Positions 43,567-58,116 of a stretch of 64,000 nucleotides of DNA are shown piece after piece (position 1 is the first letter of the stretch; each line of letters begins with the position of its first letter). Position numbers and translations under genes: made by a program. The DNA is from Octopus sinensis (Eukaryota), in the NCBI RefSeq assembly GCF_006345805.1, contig NC_043004.1, positions 45,012,001-45,076,000 on the forward strand, read 5' to 3'. The notes below the pieces were generated by a model. The model was not told where the DNA came from and did not search any database. It saw only the letters and a list, made by a program, of their open reading frames with translations.

Positions 43567-43796
43567 GATATGGCAAAGTCATCTTGTGTCCAAGTATGAT
43601 CACTTCTCAGATTCAGGCAGCATTTATTAAAGCACAGTGGCAATGGAGGAATGGGCTGTGCAAGAAACTGGAAATTTATGTCTGCAGTCGCCTATGCTCT
43701 ACCTATTGCGTGTCCGAATAAGTGAGGAAAATACGAAAGTGGTACTATATATGTAAATACATATATGAATATGCATGTACATACATACATACATAC

Positions 43797-43870
<74 letters not shown>

Positions 43871-44244
43871 CACACACACACACATGTGTAGGGATATCAT
43901 CATCATTTAACAGTCATGTTTCATGGGGTAAATAATGTATATATATATATATATATACATATATGCATTTGTGTATGCTTGCCTGTCTATATTTAGATGC
44001 ATACATGTATATGCAAGTTTATGTGTGTATATACACATACACACACATGTGTTCCTGAGAGAAATGTTATTGCTTTTGTTTAGCTTTGTATTTTTATTTT
44101 ATTTTTACTTCATTTTCCTTTTTTTTTTTTTTGTCTTGTCATTCACATTACTTATTTTTGTGCATGTTTGCATTTCTTTGTTACCAACTGTGGTGTGTTT
44201 CATCTTTGATGATCTATGAAGATACATTACATAAATACAAAGAG

Positions 44245-45075
44245 GCCATCGTCATCATCACCACCACCACCACTGCCGCCATGATGATGATAATGATGAT
44301 GATGATGATCATCATCATCGTAACCATTAGCATTGTTTTATCTGGCCTCTTTCTACTTCTACTCATCATAGCGGTGCTGCTGGTTCTGTTTTTATGATCA
44401 ACCATCACCGCTACCATATTCTTTCAACACGGTTATCATTGTTATCAACAGTTGTCATAATTTCCACCATTTCTATTATGGTTGCCGCCGCCACCTATCA
44501 CTTCTGGTATCTTCATTATTATGATTTCATCACCAACCATTGTCCTTTTCCTACCAACATCATCATCATCATCACCATCATCTCAGCTAACATTGCTGTC
44601 ACCACCAACATTATCACTACACCCATGGTTATCATCACCATCACTGTTACAGCAATCACTGTTACCACCGATATTATCAGCATCCTCTCATCCCATCTTC
44701 ACTCCAGCCATCAACATCACCATCAGCATGATGATCAACATCTCTGCCACCACCACCACCACTCCATCATCATTGGCAGCTTCATTACATCATTATCTCC
44801 ACCATCATCGCTATCACTGTCTCCACTACATCACGTCAACTGACTCTACCATCAGCACCGTAGCTATTACCACTACCATCAACGCAGTCACTACGGTTAC
44901 CACCACTATCAAGAGCACAATCGCCACTTGCACCACCTGTACCTCTACAACTACCGCCAACACCACTTCTGCCACCATCACTACCACCATTGACACTATA
45001 ACTGCTCCATCATTTAACCACCGCTACCTCCACCTTCTTCATCACCACTACCACCACCACTCTTATCGTCATCAT
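44245..45075. repeat. Decayed CAT/CAC trinucleotide low-complexity region
   Basis: catcat/caccac runs throughout; gives His/Thr/Ser-rich ORFs in several frames. Confidence 0.75.
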
Positions 45076-45394
45076 TAGGAGTTGTGCTTATGAGTATACG
45101 TCTAAGTGTAGAGAATCGGATTGCATGTAAAATAATGGAAGTATGTTTCATGTTGTATTAGAAGTATTTTCATTGGCACTGGTAAATGGTTGATGTTGGT
45201 GGTATTGGTGGTGAGGTGAGGAGGTCGACATAGTGTTAATAGTAACAGTTTGTTGTAGCACTGGTAGTGGTAGCAGTGGTAGAGTGATATTAAGAAATAC
45301 CTTGTAAACAACAGCATGTGATAATAACTGATTAGCATGTCAAATGCAGTCCGTATTTTAGTATTTTAATGGATCATGCATGCACATGCACACA

Positions 45395-45446
<52 letters not shown>

Positions 45447-46041
45447 TTTATATGTACTTCGAAAACATTCATTACCACCTTCATATCACTGCTAGTAATT
45501 ATAAATCCACCCACATACATACATACACACATTCACAATATATGCACGTACAGCTGTGTATTTATATATTTGTATGTATAGATTTGTGTGTGTGTGTCTG
45601 TATGTCATCAACATCATTTAATGCCTGTTTTCTATGCTGGTATGTGTTGGACAGTTTAATCATAACTGCTAAGGCCAAGAGCAGCACCAGACTCCATTGA
45701 TCTGGCATGGCTTCTACAGCTGACTACCCTTACTAGTACCAACTACTCCATAGTGTGTACTGGCTGCTTTTTATGTGACACCAGCATGAAACATGGGACT
45801 AGCACAAAATAACATTGCACCAGCACATATATAGTTGTGTGCCTTTACTACAACCTGGCCATCTTCATTTTATTATATTTTTACTTTATTTTATTATATA
45901 TTGCTCAACTGGTATGTTACCAATAGTCAACTCCTATTTCTCCTGACACTGCATGCCATCATTTGATGTTGGATTTTAGGTATTTGGTCTGGTCTGAGCT
46001 CTTAATGCCTGTATCTATTATTAGCCATTTTTGCTATCTTC

Positions 46042-46042
<1 letters not shown>

Positions 46043-46074
<32 letters not shown>

Positions 46075-46360
46075 CGCTCAGTCGAAGTCGACTCTCAGTT
46101 ACTCGTTGGATCAGTGTCCTCCAGTCAGTTCTATCCTGGGCCACTTCGTTCAGATTGGCTATGTCCATTCTGGTATCACTCTTGATGTTGTCAAGCCAGC
46201 AGGTTCTTGGTCGGCCTCTTCCTCTCTTGCCACTGACCATTCCGAGCATGATGTCCTTCTCCAGGGATTTTCTCCGCATAATATGACCAAAATATGCCAA
46301 TCTATGCATGGTGATCCTAGCTTCTAGCTACATTTTCGGTTGATCTGGTTACGAATTGGT
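46043..46360 (-). mobile_element. 5'-truncated RTE-BovB-like LINE, ORF C-terminus plus (TAGA)n tail
   Basis: ORF 46070-46309: RLAYFGHIMRRKSLEKDIMLGMVSGKRGRGRPRTCWLDNIK...DRTDWR...SRLRLSG*, the RTE-clade C-terminal motif set; stop runs straight into (TAGA)n; in-frame stop just upstream. Confidence 0.85.
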
Positions 46361-46539
46361 GAGCCTCGCTGTCCATATATGCATAATTGTGTGTGTGTTT
46401 GCATGTATTTATTTATCTCACAAGTCTTGGAAGATTTGCATAGGCCAAAAGCACTACTACTTCCTGAACCAATAGACATGTATACATTTGTCTCTCTGTA
46501 CACTCTTACAAAAACATGTTAGTGTGCATGAGTGATCTG

Positions 46540-46820
46540 GTACAGATGAGCTGATAAGAATCCTGTAATGTGCAAGAGAGATGGTAACATTGATATAGGC
46601 ATTTAACATAAGTGGATGATGTCAGATGGGTAAGGAAGTACCAAGAAATCCATGTGGAAGGAAATTATACTAGAAAGAAGACAGAAAAAGGCTTGAGTAA
46701 AGATAGTGAAAGCTGATCCCAGGTTGTTGAACCTCCCAGAGATGGCAAAGAAACACAACAAAGTGTAATATGGTGTATTGGACTGAACCATGCTAACATG
46801 GAAATGTGGATGTAATAAAG
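46540..46820 (+). mobile_element. Highly decayed RTE LINE 3' end
   Basis: Frameshifted remnants (DDVRWVRK...HVEG...VKADPRLLNL) ending in aaccatgctaacatggaaatgtggatgt, the same tail as family B SINEs. Confidence 0.45.
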
Positions 46821-47300
46821 AAATATATATGTGTGTGTGTGTCTTAAGCAAAGTCATGAATTGGCAGTTGTTAGTGTTGATTTAAAAGCTGTGCAGTTTT
46901 TTTTTTTCTCATTCTATATGCTCTTGGATCTAATCAACTATGTCTTTCATACTTTCATGGTTGATAAAAACATGTCAATCTAGGGTGGTGGACTTGCAGA
47001 ACTGTAAGAATCTTAGACCATATGCCTAGCAGTAATCTCTCTTGCTCTCTGTACTCTAAGCCAAATTCTATCTCAGTACCTAAAAACACTTGTGCCAAAC
47101 TGCAGGCCTAGCATACATAGCAAGCTAGACAAATCCTCAAAATGAAGGCCAGTACCAAATAAAATGCTGCTGAGTAGGGTTGAGAGAGGGATCCTCCTGC
47201 TGGAAAGGATATGCGTTTTGGAGAATGGATGAATAAAAATATAAAATAGCTTTGATTTCAAACATGTATTGAAAATATAACTACGCTTGAATTTAATGTT

Positions 47301-47488
47301 TCCTGTGCCGGTGGCACGTAAAAAGCACCCACTACACTCACAGAGTGGTTGGCATTCGGAAGGGCATCCACCCATAGAAACATTGCCAGATCAGACTGGG
47401 CCTGGTGCAGCCTTCAGACCTCCCAGACCCCAGTTGAACCGCCCAACCCATGCTAGCATGGAAATCAGACACTAAATGATGATGATGT
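47301..47488 (+). mobile_element. SINE family B copy
   Basis: gtgccggtggcacgtaaaaagcacc...aacccatgctagcatggaaa...gatgatgatg; reverse complement of 12660/17058. Confidence 0.8.
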
Positions 47489-47987
47489 TAAATAATTGTA
47501 TATGATCACAATTACAAATATGCATGTATTAAACACTTTCAAGGTGTTGTCTCAGAATGGCCTCAATCCAGTGACTGAAGCAAATAAATATTGTTATATT
47601 ATTTTTCTTGTTTCCATCACTGGATGGTGTACGTACACACATGCATTCATATGTCTGTACACTGTCTTTTTGATTAGATAAATGTTGAAGTACTTGAAAC
47701 TTCAGTCAGTGAACTCCTCAAACAGATGTTTTGATTCACAGATGGATCTTACTGCAATCAAATAATGCTGCTGAAACTCGTGGGAAGAGCTTGAATGTCA
47801 GTCAATGTAACCCACGAACCCCACTTCCTCCGCCACCATTCTTCACTTCCTACATAATCATGTTTCTCTAAGGAATCATTATCATTTATAAACATGTTTC
47901 TGTCCCACCCCAATTCCATGTTTACTCTTCATTTGTATTGTATTGCATCGTAGTTTTCTGTTTTTCTTGATTCTCTGCCAAATAAAG

Positions 47988-48029
<42 letters not shown>

Positions 48030-48676
48030 TTTCAATAGTATTATTTCTATTACATACTTCCATTGCATAACTGAGCATAGCTCTGTGCAGTATTTTTTTT
48101 ATATTTGGTTTATATTTTATTATATTGACAATATTCTATGCAATATATATGCTTTACCTTGTAGTAATAGTTACTGTTGTGTATATGTGCAATACAGGGT
48201 TTGTTGGTTATGTAAATAATTTGCATCTTTTAAATAATTCTCTAAAAGCATGGTGTGTCTCAAAAGTTAGTGGAGTGGTTAAATCTGGATGGGAATCTTT
48301 TACATTCATCTTTAGAAGATAACCTTCCTCAGATTTGAACCTGAATATTTAAGCTTGACTGTGGAAACTGCTGGCAGATAATATTTCTGTATTTGGTTAT
48401 GTTGACCAGAGTTAATTTCAGCCATATCCCTGAACTTCCATTACAATATTATTTAATGACATTATATCCTCGTCAGTTGTTTTTGATGCAATTTTTTTTT
48501 ATAGACATCGACAAACAGAAGCAGAAGTTCAGTTTTAGAGGTTGGAAATATTCCAGAACTTCTTAGTTACATTATAATATCCCTGAAGTTCAGCTCCTTA
48601 TAAAGATTTTATTTATTGTGATTGAAGGCTATATGCCTCAGGACCTATGTTTAATTCTTTTTTATTTCTTTTTATT

Positions 48677-49065
48677 TCTTTTATTCTTTTACTTGTTTCA
48701 GTCATTTGACTGCAGCCCTGCTGGAGCACCGCCTTTTAGTTGAGCAAATAGACCCCAGGACTTATTCTATTGGTCTCTAGTACTTATTCTATCAGTCTCT
48801 TTTTGCTGAACTGCAAGTTCGGTTGTCAAGTGATGTGGCGGGGGGGGGGGGGCAAACAGACATGCAAACATATACACACATATACATACATATACACATA
48901 TACAACGGGCTTCTTTCAGTTTCCGTCTACCAAATCCACTCACAAGGCTATGGTCAGCCCGAGGCTATAGTAGAAGACACTTGCCCAAGGTGCCACGCAG
49001 TGGGACTGAACCCGGAACTATGTGGTTGGTAAGCAAGCTACTTACCACACAGCCACTCCTTGGCC
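48677..49065 (-). mobile_element. SINE family A, near full length
   Basis: Reverse complement of 50368-50758 including tRNA-like head and (TAAAAGAA) tail. Confidence 0.88.
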
Positions 49066-50367
49066 TATGTTGAAATACATTGCTTTGTTGCAATTAATTT
49101 TGAAAATAATGAAGAGTTTATTAAAATAATTTTGTTAGTATTAAGCTGCTGTTTGAAACATAAGGTGGAACGTTTTAATTTTGATCACTTGATCACTTTA
49201 AAATAGGGATCAACTGGAGGAGGTCACACTTCTAGCTCACAAGAAGTGCCTATGTCTCCCCTCCCCCCACACACCCATATGTATATATATGACAGGTTTT
49301 TTTTTTCAGTTCCCTCACACCTTCATAAGGTGCTGCCAGAGGACTGATATTGAGAGTACCTTGGATAACAACTGGGCTGTTTCTATTGGAGCTTTTAGCA
49401 GTGGCACCCAAGGAAATACACACACACACACACACACACAAACACATGCACACACATAAACACATGTGCACATACACACACACACACACCACTCTTATGC
49501 TTGTTGTCAAATGATGAAGACACCTGACTATGTATGTGTATACATGCATGTTCACATATCTGTGTATATGTGTAATTGGTTTCTTCTTGTTTTGTATTGC
49601 ATTTATCTTTTCTGTTTTCGTTTACACCTTCCTTCCTTCACTGATTATTACAGTTCCAGTTTATAACCCCCCTACTGCTCCCACCAACTCTTAATATTGT
49701 TAAAAGTACTTGTACTTTTTTTTTTACTAGGATCATTTATAATTAGTGTGTATGTACTAAATATCACCAATTAGCTTGAACAACTGTGTACACCTGTGTA
49801 CGAAGGACCTTCTTTTGCAAATACACATACGTCATTTCTACTCTCTCCCTGTATAACCCTGTTCCTTAAACACGCAAAAAATTATCTATGTAAACATCGT
49901 TATGTATAGAGTAGCAGTTGTGGGAGGGGTTAGTAATTGTTGTATCATCTTTGTATAAATGTCTGCAAGCACACACAAGCCTAAATAATTGCACACCTGT
50001 GGGTGGTACGCAAATATTGATAGACGACAGTGACCTTATTGTTTATGTAATTGGACAAATTGATTAGCGATGCTGTTGGTTTGCCAATGTTGTGGTAATT
50101 CAGCAGTGGTGGGGTTGATGGTGGTAGAAGCAAAGTGCCAGTTATGCTAATGCTTAGTCTTTGCAGCAGTATTGGTAGTGGAAAGTTGATGGCATGTTTG
50201 GTGAAGATGGTAATAGTGTCAGATATTGTGAAGATTTTCGGGTGCTGATGTCATATATGGGGTTTAGTAGTATTCACCACTGTGGTGGTGATGCCATTGT
50301 TGATGTAATGTCTAGATAGTAGTTACTCTTGGTGTATTGTACTAATTATATATTCAGTATTGATATA

Positions 50368-50758
50368 GGCGCAGGAGTGGCTGTGTGGTAAGTAGCTTGC
50401 TTACTAACCACAGCGTTCCGGGTTCAGTCCCACTGCGTAGCACCTTGGGCAAGTGTCTTCTACTATAGCCTTGAGCCGACCAAAGCCTTATGAGTGCATT
50501 TGGTAGACGGAAACTGAAAGAAGCCCGTCGTATATATGTATATATATATATGTATATATGTGTGTGTGTGTGTGTTGTGTTTGTCCCTCCAACATCGCTT
50601 GACAACCGATGCTGGTGTGTTTGCATCCCCGTAACTTAGCGATAGAATAAGTACTAGGCTTACAAAGTATAAGTCCTGGGGTCGATTTGCTCAACTAAAG
50701 GCAGTGCTCTAGCATGGCTGCAGTCAAATGACTGAAACAAGTAAAAGAATAAAAGAAT
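50368..50758 (+). mobile_element. SINE family A, full length, tRNA-derived
   Basis: Pol III A-box-like TGGCTGTGTGGT and B-box-like GGGTTCAGTCCC, CORE-like ccttgggcaagt, central TA/TG microsatellite, tail gtaaaagaataaaagaat. Confidence 0.88.
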
Positions 50759-52719
50759 ATATATATAACGTTTGGGAATTAGTAGCTAGTGGTGTATATT
50801 ATAGTACACCAGTAGAAGAAATATGGGGCATTATTATGTTGGTAATGGTATTGTATTTGTTTATGTAGTTGAACTTTTATTGAACAGACCTATAAACAAA
50901 GACATTCCAGCCATGACCATCCCACCTTTTCTTGCATAAGAGCAGCTTATGTTAAACCTTGTACACTCTGTGAAATAGCTGACATTAAGGGTATCTAGCC
51001 GTAGAAAACATACCGAAACAGACATTGAACAACCTCAGTGGTTGTTGTTGAATTGTCCAACCCATGCCAACATTGAAAATGGACATTAAACAATAATGAT
51101 GATAATGATGAAACAACCCAAGACTACATTTTCCAACATCTTTAAAAATTTTTTCTGGATAATGTGTTATTTAAGAGAGATTTTTGTTGCTAATTCTATC
51201 AGGTTGAGCAGCTATGTAGAGGTTCTCCTGTTAGCTCATAGCTGTTGTAATGGTGTTGATAGCATCTTGTTTGGCAATAAAGATGATGTTGGCAGTATAA
51301 GCAGCAATGGTAGTGGTGATAGTGCCAGTGAACTGTGGTGGGGAAGGGGGACTGTCAGAAGTAGCATAATCTTTAAAAATGTTCCACCTCTTTTCCCTTG
51401 ACATTTAACTCACCTTTCTTTGTTAATTACATTTATTTTATGTTTTCTTTCAAGTAGCTATCAAGATTGTTGCCGTTGCTGTTATTATGATGATGTTCAA
51501 GGGAAGAATTGGTGAAGTGTTGGAAGAGAATGCTTTATGGATATTTAGTTACATCCCTTTAGTGTTCTGAGTTCAAATCCCCTTTGGGGGATGAACTTTG
51601 CCTTTCATCTTTCCCTGGGTCAATGAAATAAATATTATTCAAAGACTTGTGTCAATATAATCAAGGATCTCTCTCTCTCCCAAAACTTATAGTCTTGCCC
51701 CAATGGCAGAATTGGCAGAGCACATTAACAAGTGATCTTCAGTTACCACCTGTTAATATTCTAAGTTCAATTCCTGTTGGAGTTCATTTTCATATCATTC
51801 TTCTGTGGAGGATACAATTAATAGGATGAAAGGCATAGTTGACCTCTGTGGGGACTTAGAACGTAAAGAGCCAGAACAAATACTACAAGGCATTATTTTT
51901 ATCACTCTTATTATTCTGCCAGTTCACTGTCGTTAATTGTTTGTTGATTTAGATAGAAAGCCTTTAATTTTTTAAAGGAAGAGGGTTCATTGATGTCATC
52001 AACCCCAGTACTTGACTGATGGATATTTAGAAAATTGTTAGATCACCAAATGAGATGAGGCATTTATTCCAGTTCCTTGTGTTTTGAGTTCAAATTCCAC
52101 CTTCTTTCAACAGTCTCTTTGTAGCTGGAAAACAATTCTTAGAGATTTGGTTAATAGCTCCTTATGCTAAACAGAGCAATGTGATTGGAGCAAAATCTTA
52201 ATTGCATCAAATTGCATAATTTCAAAATGTAGATTTTGTGCTAAACAAATTAAATGTTAAGACATCATCACCATTGAATTCACCATGGGTTTGATAAGTT
52301 ATCATTGTATGAGTCGACTCTTATTTGGAGTTACTGCCCTCTTAGACAAGTTGGGGATCACATTTCTCTTGTACCTTTCATTATTTGGTATGTTTCATTA
52401 TCTCTGTGACTGTTACACTTCTTAATGCCACTGACTTTACAAAGTATAGTGAGTACATTTTGTTGTGGCTCCAACCCCAAGTACAAAACAACTAATGACA
52501 TCAAGCCATTGAGAGAGTTTGTGCTTGGTCATGAAAACTTGCTAAAAAAAACAACTGAGTTTCCTTCAAATTATGATCTACTGTCTTGAAAACAGGAAGG
52601 CTATGATGAACAATATATTCCTAGAAACTCCCAGACAAGATGGTTCCAACTGGAATGCCTGCCTTTGATCGTAGCTCTAGTTAATCAGGGCTGATTTGGG
52701 GCTATATAACATGAGGACC

Positions 52720-52745
52720 ACTACTACTTCTACTGCTGCTGCTGT

Positions 52746-52786
<41 letters not shown>

Positions 52787-52830
52787 TACTACTACTACTA
52801 CTACTACTACTACATCATCATCATCATCAA
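52720..52830. repeat. (ACT)n/(CAT)n microsatellite
   Basis: Visible simple repeat. Confidence 0.9.
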
Positions 52831-52951
52831 CAAAAACATGTTTGATTTATCAACATAATCCTTTTAGAAAAGCTTATAAATATAATCAATATTATCCTTG
52901 TTTCCCCTCCCTTGCAGAAAAACTTAACTTCCTCCATACCAATACTCTTGT

Positions 52952-52984
<33 letters not shown>

Positions 52985-53344
52985 CTATATAACAATGTGT
53001 CAGATAAAATTACTATTAAGATATTTATTTTATATATTTTTTTTTATTCATTTACTTAGCTTTGTCTTAATTTTCTTGTATATTTTTGAAGTGATTATTT
53101 GTTTTGGCTTTTTGTTTGCACTAATTTTTCTTTTTATTCTTTTAATATTTTTCTATTTTCTATTCCCCCAACCCCCACTATTCAAATTCCCTTTCCCACG
53201 CCCTAGCATATGGAACTAAATTTTGATTTTTGTTTTGGATTTTTTGTTGTTATTTTTGGAGGGGTAGGTAGTGGAGAGAGAGAGAGAGTTGCTACATTGA
53301 TGAAAAATATATGTATATATATATTTAATCATTATTATTATTAC

Positions 53345-53393
<49 letters not shown>

Positions 53394-56300
53394 TCCATTT
53401 TTATTATCATTTCCATTATATTATATTTATTATTCCCATCATCATCATTACCATCGTCATCATCATCATCATTATTATTATTGATAGTTGTTGTTATTGG
53501 TGGTAGTTGTTCTTGTTTGTTTTGAGTATTTATTTTGCAGAAAAAGGAATTGTCACTTAATGGAATTTCATTGGTATTAGCAGGAAATTAAGAGTTAAGT
53601 GTTGTATTCTGACAGATGGAACTATAAGGAATGATGACGGTTACAGCAGCAGCAACAGTAGTGGTAGTAGTAATAGTGTAGGTGGAGCAGAAGGAGAGGG
53701 TGTTGAGTTGGTGGTATTGGTAGAGTCAGGCTCAGAAAATGTGTTACTGGTTAGTGTTGAATGAAGACTAGAGAGAGAGAGAGAGAGAGAGAGAGTGGGG
53801 AGGAGGAGGTGGTGAGTGAATGGAATGGAAGAACAGAGGTATGGGGGAGAAAAGGAATTAGTGTTGTGTTGTGTAGTGTAGTGTACTATACAGTTAATTC
53901 TTGTGTAGTTATGTATTAATAGTTGTGATTGTAGTGAAAAAGTAAATAGTCATGGTTCTTCATTAAAAAATAATAAAAACAAACAGGTTGTTTTTATTTC
54001 TATTGTTTGCATGTTCTTTTTTATTCAGGAAATAGTAAAATATAAAAGTTTAAAAAATATTCAAAATTAATGATTATCCATTATTGGGCAGTGGAGTTAG
54101 TACAATTGTTAAGGCGGTGGCTAGAATAATACCTTGTGTTATTCATTCTGACTCTCTGTGCTCTAAAATCAAATCCTGCTGGGGGTCAACTTTACCCTTC
54201 TTCCTCTTTGGGCTTGATATAATAAAGTGCCAATCCTGCAATAGGGCTGGGCAGCATTTAATTGACTAATCCCTACTCCAAATTTCTGGCTTTGTGCTTT
54301 TGTTAGAAATAGTTATGGCTATTATTATTCATTTCATTTAAAGGACATGAGCTGGCAGAATCATTAGGATATTGTACAAAATGCTTTGTGGCATTTCCTC
54401 TTGATCATTATGTTCCAAATTCGAATCTCACTGAGGTCAACGTTTTCTTTCATCCACCTGGAATTGATAAAATAAAGTACCTGTCAAGTACTTTATTTCA
54501 TCATGAAGTAAAAAATGAATGTGAACTTCACAATGCATTTTAAAGAATTAACAAGCTAAACATACAGCACCATCATTACTGTTTTAATGTTCCCTTTTCC
54601 ATGTCACACAGGTCAGACAGAAGCAGTTGAGGCAGTTTTTCTATTGCTAGATACTCTTCCAGTCACCACTTAAGCAAACTTCTTAATCACACAGCCATGC
54701 CTCACTGAAGAATTATATAAAACAAGGGTTGAAAGCAAATTCCTATGTAACATTAGATTTAAATACATTTCAGTTGGATGACTATGAAAGACAGATAAAG
54801 CAGAGTAAGGAAAATATTAAGAAAATCCTGTGTCAGACTTTAGCAAGCTAATGTGAATTGATATGATAGAGTAGTAAGATTAATGTGGCTGCAAGGAAAA
54901 CCTGGGGATGGGAAACTAACATGGACTCTGGTATGAATATAGTTCAGCCCTGAATTCTGGTAAATTAACCTGTGGTCAAAGTGGGTGGTGTTAAATTGGG
55001 CAACATGTTAAACTTAAACCATTTGGCTGTAAACCCCACCCTCCTGCAAAAAAAAACAAGACAAAACAAAAAACAAAAGGATGAAATTAATAGGGATCAT
55101 GCTGTATGTTTTTTTTGGCAGGAGACACTAGTTGTGAAGGAAGTTGCTCAAGCTTGTAATGTAAACAAGTAACCTTATGAGCCTTTTGTAAGAGCTTTTT
55201 CTGTTCTCGCCAGACCTGCTAGAAATAACAAGTAAATCTTCCTCAAATCATGACATGCTATATTAAAGTAGGAATGACACATTACATAATGTAGCCCGAG
55301 ATAGATTATGTCTAATAAAAGATGGCACAGTTTTAGGAATGCTTCTGATCATAGATTTGCTCATTCAGGACTGACCTTGAGCAATATAGCTATCAGAAAG
55401 CCTCTGTAAGGTCACTTCACCTGCATGCAATAGAAACCATATCTCCCTCAAATTACATAATACGATCACCATAATGTTAAAACCACTTTGGATAAGTCAT
55501 CATGGTCTGTGTGGGTTACTAGACTCTTAGAGAGGTCAAGGACCATTTTTTGTGTTTGTACATGCCATTCTTGGCAAGGTTCCTATGGCGAGTTACCTCT
55601 CTTATCACCAAACATTGTTTGCTGTGCGTTCAATGTGATTTATCATAGCACCAGTACTTGAGTGGTAGTCTTGACTGAAAAAAAGAATCAAGTGTATTCT
55701 CTACCCTTTATTTGTCTCCATTGGTTTATAGAGAGGTATTGTCTTGTACATGGCGAAGTTAAATATTCTTCTTCGTGCTGTTTCATTCACTTTTTTCTTT
55801 CCACAACTATCTAAATAAATAAATAAACAAATAAATAAAAATAAGACACAATGACTATTGTAAATATACAAAAATAATTGTATAGCAATGACTGAAACGG
55901 ATTTGATCTGAGGCCATCTGGATCAAAGCTGACCTAGGGCTAAACACCAGCAGCTATCACAAATGGTCTTAAACATTTCTTTAACATATCTCTGTTGAAC
56001 TACACTGCCTTTGTATCCATTAATTTTGAAACTAGTGAAGATTTTAGTAAAGTAACATCATTATCATTAAGCAGATGTTTGGAAAATAAATTAGCATGAA
56101 AATAAATTAGCATGCAAACTTGATGGAACATTATAATTTAGATCCCTTTAAAGTAAGAAGTTTACATCATAGAACTTGGGGCAGTCTTGAGCAGGATGGT
56201 ATCAAAATGGTTAAAAGGATAAGCAAAAGGAACTGATATTGCCAATTTGTTTACCAAACCCTCAGATTAACTTCCATTGCCAAGGAAGCAATTTATTCTT

Positions 56301-56659
56301 CAGAAGAGATAAAATATGGCTGTATGGAAATGCTTGCATTCTCGGTATCATTCTGATGTTCGCCATTCCTCAGTCTTGCAAAATAATTATCTATCAGTTT
56401 GTATGTGTGTGTGTGTGCGTGTGTATAATACACAACATGCATACACACATTCTAAACTTGTGTGTGTATAGCGTGTGTTTGTAGGAGCTTGATAAGCTGG
56501 GTGGTGATCGAAATAAGTGGGTGTGTGTTATAAAGCTTCTTTGTTAATTAAATTTGCTGGATTATAGCACAAATATGCACTCATACACACAAATAAAATT
56601 GTACATCTTATACACCTAGTACAGCACAAACACTTTACTTGTGATATGCCAAAGCACTA

Positions 56660-57288
56660 TGTATATATATATATATATATAATATTATATTATATATACA
56701 CATATATATATATATATGTATGTATTTGTATTATATATAGTATGTATGTATATATATGCATGTATGTATATGTATGTATATATATGCATGTATGTATATG
56801 TATGTATATATATGCATGTATGTATATGTATGTATGTATATATGCATGTATGTATATATATATATATGCATATATATATGTATATATATGTATATATATG
56901 CATATATATATGTATATATATATATATGCATATATATGTGTATATTTATGTATATATGTATATATGTGTGTGTGTGTATATAGGTGTATATATATGTATG
57001 TATATATATATATATGTATGTATATATATATATGTATGTATATATATATGTATGTATATATATATATATATATGTATGTATATATATATGTATGTATATA
57101 TATATGTATGTGTATATATATATGTATGTATATATATATATGTATATATATATATGTATGTATATGTATATATATATATATCTATTTATATATGTGTGTA
57201 TATATATGTATATATATGTATGTATATACGTGTATATATATGAATGTATATATATATGTGTATATATATGTATGTATATATATATGTG

Positions 57289-57323
<35 letters not shown>

Positions 57324-57588
57324 GTATATATATATATGTATGTATATATATATGTGTATATATATGTATGTATATATATATGTGTATATATATGTATGTA
57401 TATATGTATGTATATATATATGTATGTGTATATTTATGTATCTGTATATCTCTCTATATATATGTATAAATATGTATATATATTATGTATATAATATGTA
57501 TATATACATATATATATGTGTATATATATGTATATATATATGTGTGTATATATATATATATAGATATATATATATGTATATATATGTA

Positions 57589-57619
<31 letters not shown>

Positions 57620-57847
57620 GTATATATATGTATAATATATATATATACATATATATATATATATGTATATATATGTATATATATATGTATGTATATTATA
57701 TATATATATGTATATATATATGTATGTATATAATGTATATATATATGTATATATGTATATATATGTATATATATATGTATATATATGTATATATATGTAT
57801 ATATGTATATATATATGTATATATGTATATATATGTATATATATATG
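56660..57847. repeat. ~1.2-kb TA/TATG microsatellite (left flank of ribozyme array)
   Basis: Visible simple repeat running up to the inverted unit. Confidence 0.95.
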
Positions 57848-58116
57848 TATATTGTATAAAGGGCATTATTACACATAAATGCCTCACACTAGGAGGGACA
57901 AAGTCATTACTACCAAAAATTATACTAATCATACCCAAATGCAGTTTTTCAAAGCAAGACATTTAAAAATGAATTATGTTCTGTATCACCGTGATTTCAC
58001 ATACAACTTGCGTCTAATGATCGTCAGCAGAACTGATTCTGAATACATCATAAATAAACCAACCTTATGTAGCGAAGACGAACAGACAACTGTTCACTCC
58101 GGCCAAGCACATGGAA
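57848..58116 (-). mobile_element. Inverted partial copy of the ~472-bp unit
   Basis: Reverse complement of the unit segment ttccatgtgcttggccgg...ccctttatacaatata; joined to the direct array through a 2-nt AA overlap. Confidence 0.92.
57978..58033 (-). ncRNA. Type I hammerhead ribozyme (inverted copy)
   Basis: Reverse complement of the 58503-58558 motif. Confidence 0.75.

Noticed and set aside
42680-43721. Long ORFs (186-308 aa) of Y/I/C/V/M, likewise at 7406-8050, 15494-16177, 56646-57966, 61112-61698
   Set aside because: Translations of TA/TG microsatellites that lack stop codons; open in several frames on both strands.
43682-43750. CpG-containing segment with CGAAA next to a TA tract as a ribozyme
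   Set aside because: No CUGANGA box on either strand.
44394-45078. Thr/Ser/His-rich mucin-like ORFs
   Set aside because: Decayed CAT/CAC repeat open in several frames; no domain or convincing splice sites.
47670-47990. Possible exon or LINE 3' end before AATAAA-(ATT)n
   Set aside because: No recognisable protein in any frame and no clear splice pair; cannot be supported without a search.
50368-50440. tRNA gene
   Set aside because: A/B boxes belong to a SINE head; no full cloverleaf and it continues into SINE body.
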